DNA of 64,000 nt from a virus, in the IMG/VR virus record IMGVR_UViG_3300021963_009388, positions 1 through 64,000 of that record. One strand, given 5' to 3'. Position numbers and translations under genes: made by a program. How positions within the stretch are numbered: position 1 is the stretch's first letter; every line of letters begins with the position of its first letter. The notes beneath the pieces are model-generated. The model was not told the DNA's origin, searched no databases, and was given only the letters and a program-made list of their open reading frames with translations. Positions 46,289 through 56,687 of this stretch are shown here, piece by piece.

Positions 46289-47048
46289 TTCAGAAGCGGA
46301 CAAGTGGATGGCTAATGTAGTGGCTAGACTAGGCGGGTTACCTAAAAACTACATGGTGTTCGATGTAGAGTCAACCGGCTTGGACTTAAACAACGACCTA
46401 GTCATTCAACTTGGGTACGCCCTGGTTATAGACAAAACCTTAGTAGAGTGCTCCAGCATCATGGTGGATTGGACACACTCAAGAGATGATGAGTTCTGTC
46501 AGTGGCTGGACAACAGAATGACTTCCACTAGAAACAACATGGAAGCAAAAAACCCAGGGTCTGGCATGTATAAGCATAGCGTAGCCAGGCTTAAAGAAAA
46601 GGGAATACCAGCCTACGAAGCCTTTACTCATTTCATGGACATAGTAAAGCTGTGCAGGTCTAACAAGTTCAGCTTTATAGCTCATAACGGGCTTAGGTTT
46701 GACCAGCCTATGCTGGATAGATGCGTTAAGCAGCTGAGAGGAGAAGACGAGAGCTTTAAGCTCGACACCACAAGTGGGCTCTACTTTGACACCATGGGGC
46801 TAGAGAGAGGCAGTCAGACTAAGATTATGCCTACTCCTTCTGATGATTGGTATACCTTCAACCACAGGCTTGTGTACGAAGGCGGAAGAATCTTTAGCTC
46901 TCTAGATCGCCACTGCTCCACCAAGTACGACCTAGTTAATAAGCACGCTTTAGAAGGCAGCGCGCATGAAGCTGACTTCGACTGCAGGCTCACACATCAC
47001 CTGTTTGAAGAATTTAGAGAGATGGCCGAAAGGGGCGCTGCGCTTTAA
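46281..47048 (+). CDS. DEDDh 3'-5' exonuclease
   Basis: FDVESTG, AHNGLRFD, AHEADFD. Confidence 0.9.
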   Translation: MHNSEADKWMANVVARLGGLPKNYMVFDVESTGLDLNNDLVIQLGYALVIDKTLVECSSIMVDWTHSRDDEFCQWLDNRMTSTRNNMEAKNPGSGMYKHSVARLKEKGIPAYEAFTHFMDIVKLCRSNKFSFIAHNGLRFDQPMLDRCVKQLRGEDESFKLDTTSGLYFDTMGLERGSQTKIMPTPSDDWYTFNHRLVYEGGRIFSSLDRHCSTKYDLVNKHALEGSAHEADFDCRLTHHLFEEFREMAERGAAL

Positions 47049-47317
47049 TGAGATCAACAAAAAAGAGTATAGAAGAGTTTGCCGAAGCTTACGAATTAGA
47101 TATCCTATTCGCAGATGGGTTTGATGAATGCATAATCGGACTTGGGCAGTGCTTTGATAAATATCAAGTGATATACGACAGAGATAAGGTTATAAAGTGT
47201 TTAATGAAAAGCATGTCAGAAGACGAAGCCGAAGATTACTTTCAGTACAACATCGTAGGTTCTTACGTAGGAGAAGCCACTCCTATATTTACAGTTAGCT
47301 TAGGAGAAGACCTATGA
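47048..47317 (+). CDS. conserved hypothetical phage protein
   Basis: ADGFDECIIG...YNIVGSYVGEATP. Confidence 0.75.
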   Translation: MRSTKKSIEEFAEAYELDILFADGFDECIIGLGQCFDKYQVIYDRDKVIKCLMKSMSEDEAEDYFQYNIVGSYVGEATPIFTVSLGEDL

Positions 47318-47952
47318 AGCAAGACATACAACGCATTCCTGAAGTCCTGGAGTCCAAGGTTAATTCTGAAAAGCCCGCTGGCTTTAAGACTGTACTGGGG
47401 TTAGACTTAGGTACATCTTGTGGGTATGCCTATTGCTTTGTTAATGAGGACAATACACTTAAACCAAAAATATACGCAGGCCAGCTGGACTTATCTGCTG
47501 GGCCTTATGACTCAGGGGCCATACGGTTTATAAAACTAAGGCATTTCCTAGCAGCTATAAAGCCAGATCTAGTAGCGTTTGAGGATGTAAAGTACACACC
47601 ACCTAGTGCCGGGTTTCAAAGTGTAGGGGCAATCATCGCTAGGGCTGCTACAGCTTGCGAGTGGTTTGGAGCACTTAAGGCTACTATGGCCACTTGGTGT
47701 GAGGCTAGGAATATTCCAAGCACAGGCATTCCTATCGGAACTATTAAGAAGAGAGCCACTGGAAAAGGTAATGCCAATAAGGCAGAGATCATCAGCGCTT
47801 GTAATAAAGAGTTTGGAATGGATTTTGAAGTAGACGGATACGAGAATTCAGGAGTGGATAATATAGCAGACGCTGTATATGTATGCTCTCTATTGTTGGA
47901 GCAGTACGGCTCGGGCCTTAACTTTGCGGATGATGCGAAAGGTGCAGTATGA
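47314..47952 (+). CDS. RuvC-like Holliday junction resolvase
   Basis: LGLDLG, FEDV, KKRATGKGNANK, NIADA. Confidence 0.8.
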   Translation: MKQDIQRIPEVLESKVNSEKPAGFKTVLGLDLGTSCGYAYCFVNEDNTLKPKIYAGQLDLSAGPYDSGAIRFIKLRHFLAAIKPDLVAFEDVKYTPPSAGFQSVGAIIARAATACEWFGALKATMATWCEARNIPSTGIPIGTIKKRATGKGNANKAEIISACNKEFGMDFEVDGYENSGVDNIADAVYVCSLLLEQYGSGLNFADDAKGAV

Positions 47953-48923
47953 GCGGCATTAATATAAAAGACACTAAGACATTTAAGAGCCCTATTTCTA
48001 AGGGGTCTAGCCAAGCTTACTTTATGGATGCTCTTAGGCTTTCTCACATGCTTAGGGCTAGGGCTATACAGGACATAGAAGCTAAGGCAAGGGACATAGG
48101 AGCTTCTGACAAAGCTATACTTAAGCTCAAGGAAGATGTTAGCAACTTGGCTGAAGCCACTCCTCTGGAAAGGTTTCTCGTGCCTAAGGCATGCATGCAG
48201 ATATCCGCATACCTTGTCGATGGGTTGGTAAAGTTTAAGAAGGACCCTAATCACAAATACACTAACACCATAGAGATTCCCGGTGCTACTGTAGCCGGTA
48301 GTGTATTCTCATCTACTAAGACAAAAAGAATAAACAAGTTTGATGTAACTGCTAGCGAGTCCATATTGTCTTCAGAACCAATGGTGGTATTTGGAACAAG
48401 GGAAGAGCTAGACCTAATTATACCTTACATCATCGATAGGGCCGCGCTGGCCCCTACTAACTGCCTTCACTTCAGTGTGAAGACTTACTACAAGAAGCTT
48501 AACAAGCATTATGTAAGATACTCCCCAGAGAGATGGGAAGATACGCTTCGTACTAAAGATGGCTTCAACAGCATCATAGTAAACGAAAGCAGGTATAGGC
48601 CTGTGGAGTTAGTCATAGTTGACAACATCAATCATGGGTTTAGTCCAGCCCCTATTAAGCGAAAGAAATGTATAGCTAGGCTAGGCAGAATGAAAGAGGC
48701 TCTGCTATGTTTAAAAAGATGCAAAGCTCACACATCATCAAAAGGTATATGCTCTATTATTTGTTTTCATACAGACGACATAGTGGGGGGCATAAACCCA
48801 GAGATGATTAAATCGTTTGAAGATATAAGTTCTTTGTACGACTGCAGTTCTGACAAGAACAAAGTCCACCTAACCAAGCGAAAAGGCAAGACTATACTAT
48901 CTCTGCGCAAGGATAAGAAATGA
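47949..48923 (+). CDS. hypothetical protein
   Basis: 324 aa, coupled. Confidence 0.7.
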   Translation: MSGINIKDTKTFKSPISKGSSQAYFMDALRLSHMLRARAIQDIEAKARDIGASDKAILKLKEDVSNLAEATPLERFLVPKACMQISAYLVDGLVKFKKDPNHKYTNTIEIPGATVAGSVFSSTKTKRINKFDVTASESILSSEPMVVFGTREELDLIIPYIIDRAALAPTNCLHFSVKTYYKKLNKHYVRYSPERWEDTLRTKDGFNSIIVNESRYRPVELVIVDNINHGFSPAPIKRKKCIARLGRMKEALLCLKRCKAHTSSKGICSIICFHTDDIVGGINPEMIKSFEDISSLYDCSSDKNKVHLTKRKGKTILSLRKDKK

Positions 48924-49579
48924 GCGAAAAGAGGCTAAACCCTGAAGAGGTATTGGGTTACATGAAGGATGTAACCTGTGCTGAGCTAACAGGATCCCCA
49001 CCGGTAGAGCCTGGCGTAGTAGACGCAGGCATAGTAAACCCTACCTCTCAGGAGCTTAACAGACTGCCTCCACTCAAACGAGTGGAGCTCTCAGATTCTT
49101 TAAGCAGCCTTTCCAATGACTTCGTGTTTTTTAACCATACTATGCTGTTCTCTAAAGGGGGTCTAGACTTTGACCCAATTAAAGAGTATCAAGTATTTGC
49201 AAATAAACCGGAATTAGTTAACTATGTAGTCTTTAACAGACCCATATTTAGCGGGCTTGACTTTCCTGATAACACGGGGGGTCATGATTTTATTTTATCG
49301 TTTGTTCCTATAGAGCACTGGGACACTATATACAGAGCTATAGGCAACATAACCATACTAAATAGAGCTAATGGTTACATGTTTCTATGCGAAGCAGTTA
49401 AGGTAAAAATACCCGATCCAAAGCAGCCGAGCTTGACTATAGAGCCATATCTATGGAAGATGAAGGGCTCACAACAGAGCTGGGTGTACCAGGGGTACCC
49501 TGTACCTAGGGCTGTAAAACGGTCTGCTGACTATGAAGCTATGAACTTAATGAAAGCTATTAACAATGAACCCAGATAA
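48920..49579 (+). CDS. hypothetical protein
   Basis: 219 aa, coupled. Confidence 0.7.
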   Translation: MSEKRLNPEEVLGYMKDVTCAELTGSPPVEPGVVDAGIVNPTSQELNRLPPLKRVELSDSLSSLSNDFVFFNHTMLFSKGGLDFDPIKEYQVFANKPELVNYVVFNRPIFSGLDFPDNTGGHDFILSFVPIEHWDTIYRAIGNITILNRANGYMFLCEAVKVKIPDPKQPSLTIEPYLWKMKGSQQSWVYQGYPVPRAVKRSADYEAMNLMKAINNEPR

Positions 49580-49862
49580 TACTTACGTGTATAGAAAGAC
49601 TAAAACATTCGTGGAAGAGCGGGTGTACGAGCGCCCAGCCGGATCTACTCCAGACGACTGGAGACTAATAAAGATAACCGATCCGCTGGATGAAACTATA
49701 AACGAATGGGTATTGGCTAATCAAGCCACCATAGTAACTGTATCGGCTCCAGGGATGGACAGTAGATGGCTAGACAAGGAAATGACCAAGCGGTCGGTGC
49801 TTGTAGCCATTACAGTTATTTACGAAGGTAGTAACAATGGACAATGGCCAGAACGTAAGTGA
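49566..49862 (+). CDS. hypothetical protein
   Basis: Overlapping ORF in the operon. Confidence 0.65.
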   Translation: MNPDNTYVYRKTKTFVEERVYERPAGSTPDDWRLIKITDPLDETINEWVLANQATIVTVSAPGMDSRWLDKEMTKRSVLVAITVIYEGSNNGQWPERK

Positions 49863-50184
49863 TACGGGCCCGCCAGAGCCAGATAAATATAATTATCATA
49901 TTGTTATTATACCGGCTCACGGTCCGCCTGAAGCTCACTCGTTTAAACTTAAAGAAGAGCTTATAGACGTTCTTAGGGCTCAGCACGGACGGCGTACATG
50001 CTGCTTCGTGTATGAAGGTAATAGGTGGAACATATCTTTGCCGCCTAGAAGGTTGTTAAATTCCAACGGAGAGATAGAGGCTGAGTTATCGGCCGAGTTT
50101 AAGAACACATTACCCGACCCAAGTGGAATGATGTTTGATGACATGGACGTAGTCGACGAAGACGATGAATACTTCAAAAGCTAG
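49837..50184 (+). CDS. hypothetical protein
   Basis: Overlapping ORF in the operon. Confidence 0.65.
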   Translation: MDNGQNVSDTGPPEPDKYNYHIVIIPAHGPPEAHSFKLKEELIDVLRAQHGRRTCCFVYEGNRWNISLPPRRLLNSNGEIEAELSAEFKNTLPDPSGMMFDDMDVVDEDDEYFKS

Positions 50185-50198
50185 TTCAAATCTAAATA

Positions 50199-50227
50199 CT
50201 TAATTCGAGCTAAAATCGCGTCATAAT
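50199..50227 (+). promoter_or_regulatory. repeated promoter-like motif, copy 1
   Basis: CTTAATTC-N11-GCGTCATAAT. Confidence 0.7.
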
Positions 50228-50264
50228 CATTTGCTTCCCCCTTAGGAAGTAGAAGGAGGTCGTT

Positions 50265-50402
50265 ATGACCTTGTTTCTAACGATATGGCTATTTGCCATA
50301 TTTTGCTATTTTTGCTTTGGAGCTTCAAAAGCTCCAAGTGTTAAAGCAGTTTCTTCTCTTTCCTCCGCTTTCAAAAGGAAGCGCAGGAGGCGAAGAAAAT
50401 AA
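50265..50402 (+). CDS. 45-aa membrane peptide with polybasic tail
   Basis: AAGGAGG SD; MTLFLTIWLFAIFCYFCFG...KRKRRRRRK. Confidence 0.55.
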   Translation: MTLFLTIWLFAIFCYFCFGASKAPSVKAVSSLSSAFKRKRRRRRK

Positions 50403-50476
50403 GGACCGGGCGAAAGCCATAAAGACAGGGCTTCGGCCATATGGTTTCACATTTTTATCTACTTAAGGAGATGACT

Positions 50477-51136
50477 ATGGTAACTATTTCTTTGTCTTAC
50501 TCCCCCGCTAGCCTCGGCTTCCCAGCTGGGGAACGTTTGTTTCCAGTCGGAAAAATCGGCGTTCTGGTGCTGTACCCCGACAACATAGTTGGGGTATGGG
50601 GCCGCCGACCAGGCGGCTGGGTAAACCTGGTTGCCGGGGACCCCATCATTGAGCGTGGCCTCCTCAGGCCTATTCCCGCTTCGGCGGCGGCGGCGCAGAC
50701 TTTCTTTGAGAAGGAAAGTCTGGTCATTGGGCCGTTGACAGGGCCTTTGGTATTACCTCGCTTAATGGCGAGGATCCCAGAGGGGTTTGATCCCGCCGAT
50801 GCGGATCAGACTGCGTTGGAGAAGGCAGCCGGTTCGGATGACGGTGACGCAATGCTCTCGACGTTTGTTGAGAGTACGGTACGAGGCCCCGACGGCCTAT
50901 TTGTTCCGAGGGGGTTCATCCCAGGGCCAGTGGCCCTGGAGGACGTTTTCGAAGACGTCGGAGGTTTAGTAGGGGACGACGGCGTCCCCAAAGTTCAGCA
51001 GGTAACCCTGCAGGAACTTAGAAAGGCCCGCCTAGCAAGGCTGGCCTTCACAAAGCAAGCCCCATCCCCAGCTTTTGGGGAGAGGGCGAAGTTCGTTAAA
51101 TCGTTTAAGAAAGCCGTAGCTACCTTATACCGGTAG
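50477..51136 (+). CDS. hypothetical protein, GC-richer than neighbours
   Basis: AAGGAG SD; ORF track. Confidence 0.65.
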   Translation: MVTISLSYSPASLGFPAGERLFPVGKIGVLVLYPDNIVGVWGRRPGGWVNLVAGDPIIERGLLRPIPASAAAAQTFFEKESLVIGPLTGPLVLPRLMARIPEGFDPADADQTALEKAAGSDDGDAMLSTFVESTVRGPDGLFVPRGFIPGPVALEDVFEDVGGLVGDDGVPKVQQVTLQELRKARLARLAFTKQAPSPAFGERAKFVKSFKKAVATLYR

Positions 51137-51451
51137 TCTACGTAGGGGGGGGATAACCAAGAAGCTCCAAGCGCTATGGTTCTTGGAACAACTTCTTGAC
51201 TTCCCGGAGGTGGTGCGCCACATGGCTCCAACCCACAAGCCCGTGCAGAGTAAATACAAAACTCTGCATGAGCCTAGGTATTCTGATGCACCCTTACTGG
51301 AGGGTGCATTTGGCGCGGCTCGTCCGCCGACGTAAAGACCTATAGAGGTTCATACGTTGAGACCCAGGTCGGGTGTTCGGCTAACGGCTTGAAGCCGTGA
51401 ACACTAGCTTCATCGCTAGAGTGAGCGACCCGATAAACCAGGCCAATTCGT

Positions 51452-51491
51452 CATCTCGAAAAGAGGTGGCGAATTGGTTTTTTTTAGCTAT
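51452..51491 (+). terminator. terminator
   Basis: CCAATTCGTCATCTC...GAGGTGGCGAATTGG followed by a T-run and AGCTAT. Confidence 0.75.
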
Positions 51492-51501
51492 TAGGTGATC
51501 A

Positions 51502-51530
51502 CTTAATTCAGAGGTAAATAGCGTCATAAT
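51502..51530 (+). promoter_or_regulatory. repeated promoter-like motif, copy 2
   Basis: CTTAATTC-N11-GCGTCATAAT. Confidence 0.7.
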
Positions 51531-51613
51531 AAGGTGAGTTAGTAGTAGCTATAGTCGCCCGTTCTGGGTCGAGTAGTATACGACGAACTCTTTCCTGGAA
51601 AGGGAAAATTGAT

Positions 51614-51811
51614 ATGGCTAACTCTTCGAAGACTGTACTCAGCTGTGTAAAAGTTAGTGGAGAGCAGTGGGCTTCACAGGTAGAGATGGCGATGGCGGGT
51701 GAAGCCATGCAAATAGCTCTAACTGAGAGGCGGCGCGGTTTAATAGCCGTGTCCCGCCGCTCCGACACAGGCATCGTCTATGAATCAGTATTCGAGGTAT
51801 ATGACGCGTAA
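51614..51811 (+). CDS. small hypothetical protein
   Basis: Lies between the promoter motif and a terminator. Confidence 0.5.
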   Translation: MANSSKTVLSCVKVSGEQWASQVEMAMAGEAMQIALTERRRGLIAVSRRSDTGIVYESVFEVYDA

Positions 51812-51827
51812 GCGTTGTATACCTCAG

Positions 51828-51880
51828 GCTACCAGAGCTTCCTTCACAGGGAAGCTCTGGTGGTATTTTTTTTAGCTATC
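51828..51880 (+). terminator. terminator
   Basis: ACCAGAGCTTCC...GGAAGCTCTGGT followed by a T-run and AGCTATC. Confidence 0.75.
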
Positions 51881-52107
51881 AGACACTTCTAAGGATCTTC
51901 ACCCATGACTAAATCTATAAGATGGGGTACTCCCAGCCACACTAGGTATACGGCTGACACCACATAAAACGTATCAGTTCTAAAACTTAAAATATATATA
52001 AGGGTTTCCATGGTGCTTCAATCTTGTTATTTTAATATCATGTTGCTTATTATCCTTAGAAGAAGTAAAAAGAGTAAGTTTAATATTTAAATCACGAAAG
52101 GCGAGCC

Positions 52108-52845
52108 ATGGCAGACACTAGACTAGCATCTGTTACAGGTGGATCTACTATAGACCATAACAGAAAGACCACTAAGATAATCGTCGATCCGCATGAGACA
52201 GACTCATTCGTAATCGATCTCTCAGCTATGAAATCTGCACAAACGTTTGAAGTTAAAGAGGATGGCAGTAAGGACTTAAGGAAACTAGAACAAATAGAAA
52301 GATCTAAAATGATAGCCAACAGTTTAAGGAGATTTGCCAAGAGTACACCCGACAGCGCGCCTCCTAGCTTAGGCACTGTCTCAGGTACTGTAGACGGCGG
52401 CAACCATGTTCATCCAGCTGCTCAGCTTCCAGAGTCGGCTGTGGCTCCACCTAACGTAAGGGTCTATTTTGATATGCCTGGTCTGGCTACTCTAAACTAC
52501 AGATATCACGGAGCAGCCGTAGTGCCTGGTTATCTCGTCCTCACCACCGATATGCGGTACTCAGGCCCAGGTGAGTTCTACCCATTTACTAGTAAGCTGG
52601 CTATAGAGACAGACGCCCGAATAGGCGTTATGGTTGATGGTATAGACAGCCTATTTCTAATAAAGCCTCCAACTATACAGCACAAGTTCGGACCTTACGA
52701 GCATTGCTTAGTTCCTATAGTTCAAGAGAAGGATCTTCCTCCTGAGCTGAAGGAAGGGCTAGTTCAAGATAAGCCAGAAGTAGTGGAGACGTCTCCACGA
52801 CCAGTCGCTACTTCATCGTCAGATGCAGAAGACGGGGTGCTTTAA
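52108..52845 (+). CDS. hypothetical protein
   Basis: 245 aa ORF. Confidence 0.7.
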   Translation: MADTRLASVTGGSTIDHNRKTTKIIVDPHETDSFVIDLSAMKSAQTFEVKEDGSKDLRKLEQIERSKMIANSLRRFAKSTPDSAPPSLGTVSGTVDGGNHVHPAAQLPESAVAPPNVRVYFDMPGLATLNYRYHGAAVVPGYLVLTTDMRYSGPGEFYPFTSKLAIETDARIGVMVDGIDSLFLIKPPTIQHKFGPYEHCLVPIVQEKDLPPELKEGLVQDKPEVVETSPRPVATSSSDAEDGVL

Positions 52846-52887
52846 TCTTAATTTATTATAAGTGTAACCTAGGGGGCCTAGCCTAAC

Positions 52888-54822
52888 ATGTCAGACTTTT
52901 CAGAAGGTGCTTTGGGCAAGGGCTGGGCTCTTAACGGAAAAGGTGATGAGCCTTTTCCAGATCCATTTATGGACTACGCCTCTACGGTCATGCCTGAGAA
53001 TATCAGGGATGCCCTGAGGTATTGCGAGTTCATATTTAACTCCAACTCTATGATAAGAGAAGCAGCAAGAAGAGTTCTTAGCTACTTCATAACAGACATA
53101 GAGGTTAAAGGCGTTGGCGGTAAGGACATCGGCGATGACGAGAGGGCTAAGTATGAGAGCTTCTTAAATGAAACTCTAGACATAAAGACCATTCTTCACT
53201 CTGTGGGTCTTGACCTCTTATGCTATGGTAATAGCTTTACCACTCTTGTAGTACCTTTTAGAAGGTACTTATCCTGCCCTCAGTGCTTTCTTGACATACC
53301 TCTTAAAGAAGCCATAAATAACAGTGCGTTCGCATTTAAGTGGAAGATGCCTGACTTTACATGTAACTGCCCTAGGTGCAAGTACACAGGTATATGGAAG
53401 CGCACAGACAGAAGAACTAACGAGCCTGAAGAAGTACGAGTAAGAAGATGGCCAGCAGCTGAGATGGAGATAAGGTACGATCCAGTAAGGGATAACCGTG
53501 ACTATCTTTGGAGAATACCAGAAGACTATAGGCTGCAAGTAAGAAGAGGAGATCCTCAAATCTTAGAGACGGTACCTTGGGAAGTAGTAGAGGCAGTTGC
53601 AGCTAACGGCTTTCTTCTATTTGACAAGGGAGCCATATACCATATGTACGAGCCAACTCTGTCAGGGGTTAGGTCGAGAGGCTGGGGTATATCTAGAACT
53701 CTAGTTAACTTTAGACATGCTTGGTACTGTCAAGTGCTTCACCGATACAACGAAGCTATAGCTCTAGACTACGTCATACCATTTAGAGTTCTAAGCCCTC
53801 AACCACAGTCTAGCTCTCTGCCAGAGGCTGGGGACCCTTTAATGAACATGGACTTGGGCGGCCTTAGAGGTCAGGTCCAGGCTATGCTTAGAAAGAGAAG
53901 AAAGGATCCGGCTGCTTGGCACTTCCTTAGCACTCCTATTCAATATCAGATGCTCGGTGGAGAAGCAAGAAACCTTGCACCTACTGATCTATTAGAGTCA
54001 GGCATAACCAATCTTTTAAACGGGTTCGGTATGCCAGCTGAGCTGTACAGAGGCACTTTATCTTTGCAAGCAGCTCTACCAGCTATACGCCTTTTTGAGT
54101 CAAGCTGGGTATACTTAGTACACTCACTCAATGCTTTTCTGAGAGAGCTTACCAAAGACATAGGCGATGCGTTTGGCTGGGAGCCGGCTGTATGTAAACT
54201 CATAAGGCCTACTATGTTAGATGATGTTCAGCTCATCATGTCCAAGATGCAGCTTATGCAAGCTCAGCAGGTCAGCCAGACCGGCGTGCTTCGAAGCATG
54301 GGTATGGACTTCAAAGACGAGCAGAGGCAGATCATTCAGGAACAGAAGTTCACACAAGAGGAGCAGGCCAAGATGCAGGAGGAGATGGACAACTCTTCGC
54401 TTATGGAACAGATGGCTCCTCCTGTTATAGATCAGATGGCTCAGCAAGGAGGACAAGGCGGGCAGCCAGGTGGACAACCACCAGCTCCTCAAGGATACGG
54501 CGCACCTGCAGCTCCAGCCGAAGGAGGAGGCGGCCAGCCACCTCAAGGACCAGCAGGCATGGCAGCACAAGGCATGTCTGTCGCTACTCCTACTAGCCCT
54601 AATCAGAAGGTTACTCCGCAAGACCTTCAAGCTAAGGCTCAAACATTGGCGGATCAGATGCTGGCTATGCCTGAATCTCAGCGTCAGTCAGAGATGACCA
54701 AGCTCAAGTCTCAGGACCCAGTTATTCATAGTTTGGTTAAGCAGACCATAGGCAACATAAGACAGCAGGCTCAGACCGCTGGAGCTAGATCTATAATGCA
54801 GCAGAAATACGGGGTAATGTAA
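52888..54822 (+). CDS. putative portal protein
   Basis: Size and helical pattern, LLCYGNSF, FGMPAEL, Q/P/G-rich tail, CxxC insertion (inference). Confidence 0.5.
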   Translation: MSDFSEGALGKGWALNGKGDEPFPDPFMDYASTVMPENIRDALRYCEFIFNSNSMIREAARRVLSYFITDIEVKGVGGKDIGDDERAKYESFLNETLDIKTILHSVGLDLLCYGNSFTTLVVPFRRYLSCPQCFLDIPLKEAINNSAFAFKWKMPDFTCNCPRCKYTGIWKRTDRRTNEPEEVRVRRWPAAEMEIRYDPVRDNRDYLWRIPEDYRLQVRRGDPQILETVPWEVVEAVAANGFLLFDKGAIYHMYEPTLSGVRSRGWGISRTLVNFRHAWYCQVLHRYNEAIALDYVIPFRVLSPQPQSSSLPEAGDPLMNMDLGGLRGQVQAMLRKRRKDPAAWHFLSTPIQYQMLGGEARNLAPTDLLESGITNLLNGFGMPAELYRGTLSLQAALPAIRLFESSWVYLVHSLNAFLRELTKDIGDAFGWEPAVCKLIRPTMLDDVQLIMSKMQLMQAQQVSQTGVLRSMGMDFKDEQRQIIQEQKFTQEEQAKMQEEMDNSSLMEQMAPPVIDQMAQQGGQGGQPGGQPPAPQGYGAPAAPAEGGGGQPPQGPAGMAAQGMSVATPTSPNQKVTPQDLQAKAQTLADQMLAMPESQRQSEMTKLKSQDPVIHSLVKQTIGNIRQQAQTAGARSIMQQKYGVM

Positions 54823-55352
54823 TGAATGTGATTAGCGGGTTTTTAAGTATTCTTCTTGATGTGTCTTCTAAGCGTAAGCAAGGGAGGGATATAGACATGC
54901 CCAGCATTAAAGAATGCGTAGAACTACTAGAGCTGCACAACAAGACCAGAGATATGTATGACCTGGCTCCAATGAAGACTAACGACAACTGTGCTCTTGT
55001 GGCTCAGTCTCATGCTACTTGGATGGCTGGAGTCAGTACTATATCTCATTTAGGGTTCAGTTTCTTTGGCCCGGCACAGAGGCTATCCATAGTGGGAGAG
55101 GACCCAGCAAACATAGGTGAGTGCATATCCTTCTCTAGCTGCGAAGGTGCGTCCTCTTTAATGAAGTCATGGTTTAAGTCAGAAACCCACAAGGCCATCA
55201 TTCTAGGAAACTACTCTCAGTTTGGAGTAGGAAGGGCTCTGAGTAAGGACGGCTTATACTACTGGTGTGCTATATACATGGACAGCGGTGTTTCAACTAG
55301 GGCACCAAAACTCAACTTATCCGATAGCCTGGTAGATACAGACAATATATGA
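54822..55352 (+). CDS. CAP/SCP domain protein
   Basis: LHNKTR, AQSHATWMA, SWFKSETH, GVG, YWC. Confidence 0.8.
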   Translation: MNVISGFLSILLDVSSKRKQGRDIDMPSIKECVELLELHNKTRDMYDLAPMKTNDNCALVAQSHATWMAGVSTISHLGFSFFGPAQRLSIVGEDPANIGECISFSSCEGASSLMKSWFKSETHKAIILGNYSQFGVGRALSKDGLYYWCAIYMDSGVSTRAPKLNLSDSLVDTDNI

Positions 55353-55978
55353 GCATCAATCTTATAAACTTCTTTGACTGGTTTTCTTCTCATCTACTTA
55401 CTCGACCTTGGCTCATAATAGGAAAAGGACCTACCTTTGATCTATTAGATAAAGTTGATCTATCTAAGTATCATGTCATAGGGCTTAACCATGTTATGTT
55501 TAAAGTGCCATGCTTGCTTGGGCACGTCATAGACTTTGATGTTATCAAATCGTCGGTAAGCGATAACCTTTGCCAACATATTGTAACTCCATGGGAGCCT
55601 CATATAAATAACTCACCTGGAGGAAAGACTGCACTTAGCTTATTTAATAATCCCGATATAGTTGCAAAGAGCCCAGTGCTTTGGTACAACAGCAGTCGAT
55701 CAGCTCCGCTTATGATAAAGTCAGGGCCGGTTATAAGGGTCAGAGGGTTTAGTGCGGTAGCTGCAGTTAACTTATTAAGCGCAGCTGGAGTTAAAGAAGT
55801 GTTTACCTTAGGCGTTGATGGTGGCACTAAGTACTCTAGTCAGTTTAAGACAGATACTCTGTTAGCGAATGGAAGGTCTTCGTTTGACTGTCAGGCTGCT
55901 GAGTTCAAGTACTCTAGAAAAAAGTTTAATATAAAAGTTATACCACTTTACAAGGGTTTGTTTAAAGAAGGAACATAA
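55349..55978 (+). CDS. DUF115/Maf-like sugar transferase
   Basis: IIGKGPT, IGLN, LGVD. Confidence 0.6.
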   Translation: MSINLINFFDWFSSHLLTRPWLIIGKGPTFDLLDKVDLSKYHVIGLNHVMFKVPCLLGHVIDFDVIKSSVSDNLCQHIVTPWEPHINNSPGGKTALSLFNNPDIVAKSPVLWYNSSRSAPLMIKSGPVIRVRGFSAVAAVNLLSAAGVKEVFTLGVDGGTKYSSQFKTDTLLANGRSSFDCQAAEFKYSRKKFNIKVIPLYKGLFKEGT

Positions 55979-55979
55979 G

Positions 55980-56684
55980 ATGATAATTGAAGGCTTTAAC
56001 CGATACGTACCTCACATAATGGTTGTTGATAACTTCTACAAGGACCCCAATGGAGTTAGAGAGGAGGCGCTTAAACTCGAATTTATAGAAGACAACAGAT
56101 ACTATAAAGGATCAAGAACACAAGAAAAGTATATAACTTCAGGGCTCATTGAAGAGTTCTCTAGGCTAATGGACCACGATATAGAAGACTGGGATAACCA
56201 GCCTATGAATGGCATATTCCAAAAGACTACTAAGGATAACCCTTTGGTCTATCATAGCGATTCTCAGGATTACGCTGGGGCTATCTACTTGACCCCAGGC
56301 GCCCCAGCAGACCAAGGCACTTCTTTCTGGAGGCATAAGGTTACCGGGTGCAGGCGACCTCCTCAGCACTTCTTAGAGCAAAGAACGGGCATTACAGCTG
56401 ATGATGTTTACAACGACAACACTCTGCTTAATCCAGATGCTTGGGAACTCATAGACCAAGCAGGATCCTTGTATAACCGACTAGTCATATGGGATGCCAA
56501 GATGATTCATTCAGCCACAAAGTACGGGGATGATGAGCGCCTAGTTCAACTGTTCTTTTTTAATCTATCTAGGTCTAAGCCAGCTCCTAAAGTTATTATA
56601 AACAATCAAAAAGAGGAAAGTGTTAAGCCTGGAATGGCCACCTTAACAGTAGCTAGATCAAGTTCTTCTATTACTAGAAGGTAA
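55980..56684 (+). CDS. DUF6445-like 2OG-Fe(II) oxygenase
   Basis: VVDNFY, HSD, YLTP, GTSF, NRLVIWD, HSA, RLVQLFF. Confidence 0.75.
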   Translation: MIIEGFNRYVPHIMVVDNFYKDPNGVREEALKLEFIEDNRYYKGSRTQEKYITSGLIEEFSRLMDHDIEDWDNQPMNGIFQKTTKDNPLVYHSDSQDYAGAIYLTPGAPADQGTSFWRHKVTGCRRPPQHFLEQRTGITADDVYNDNTLLNPDAWELIDQAGSLYNRLVIWDAKMIHSATKYGDDERLVQLFFFNLSRSKPAPKVIINNQKEESVKPGMATLTVARSSSSITRR

Positions 56685-56687
56685 GCT

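Noticed and set aside
47616-48254. 212-aa minus-strand ORF
   Set aside because: It is antisense to the RuvC-like gene and its coupled neighbour, and has no recognisable motifs.
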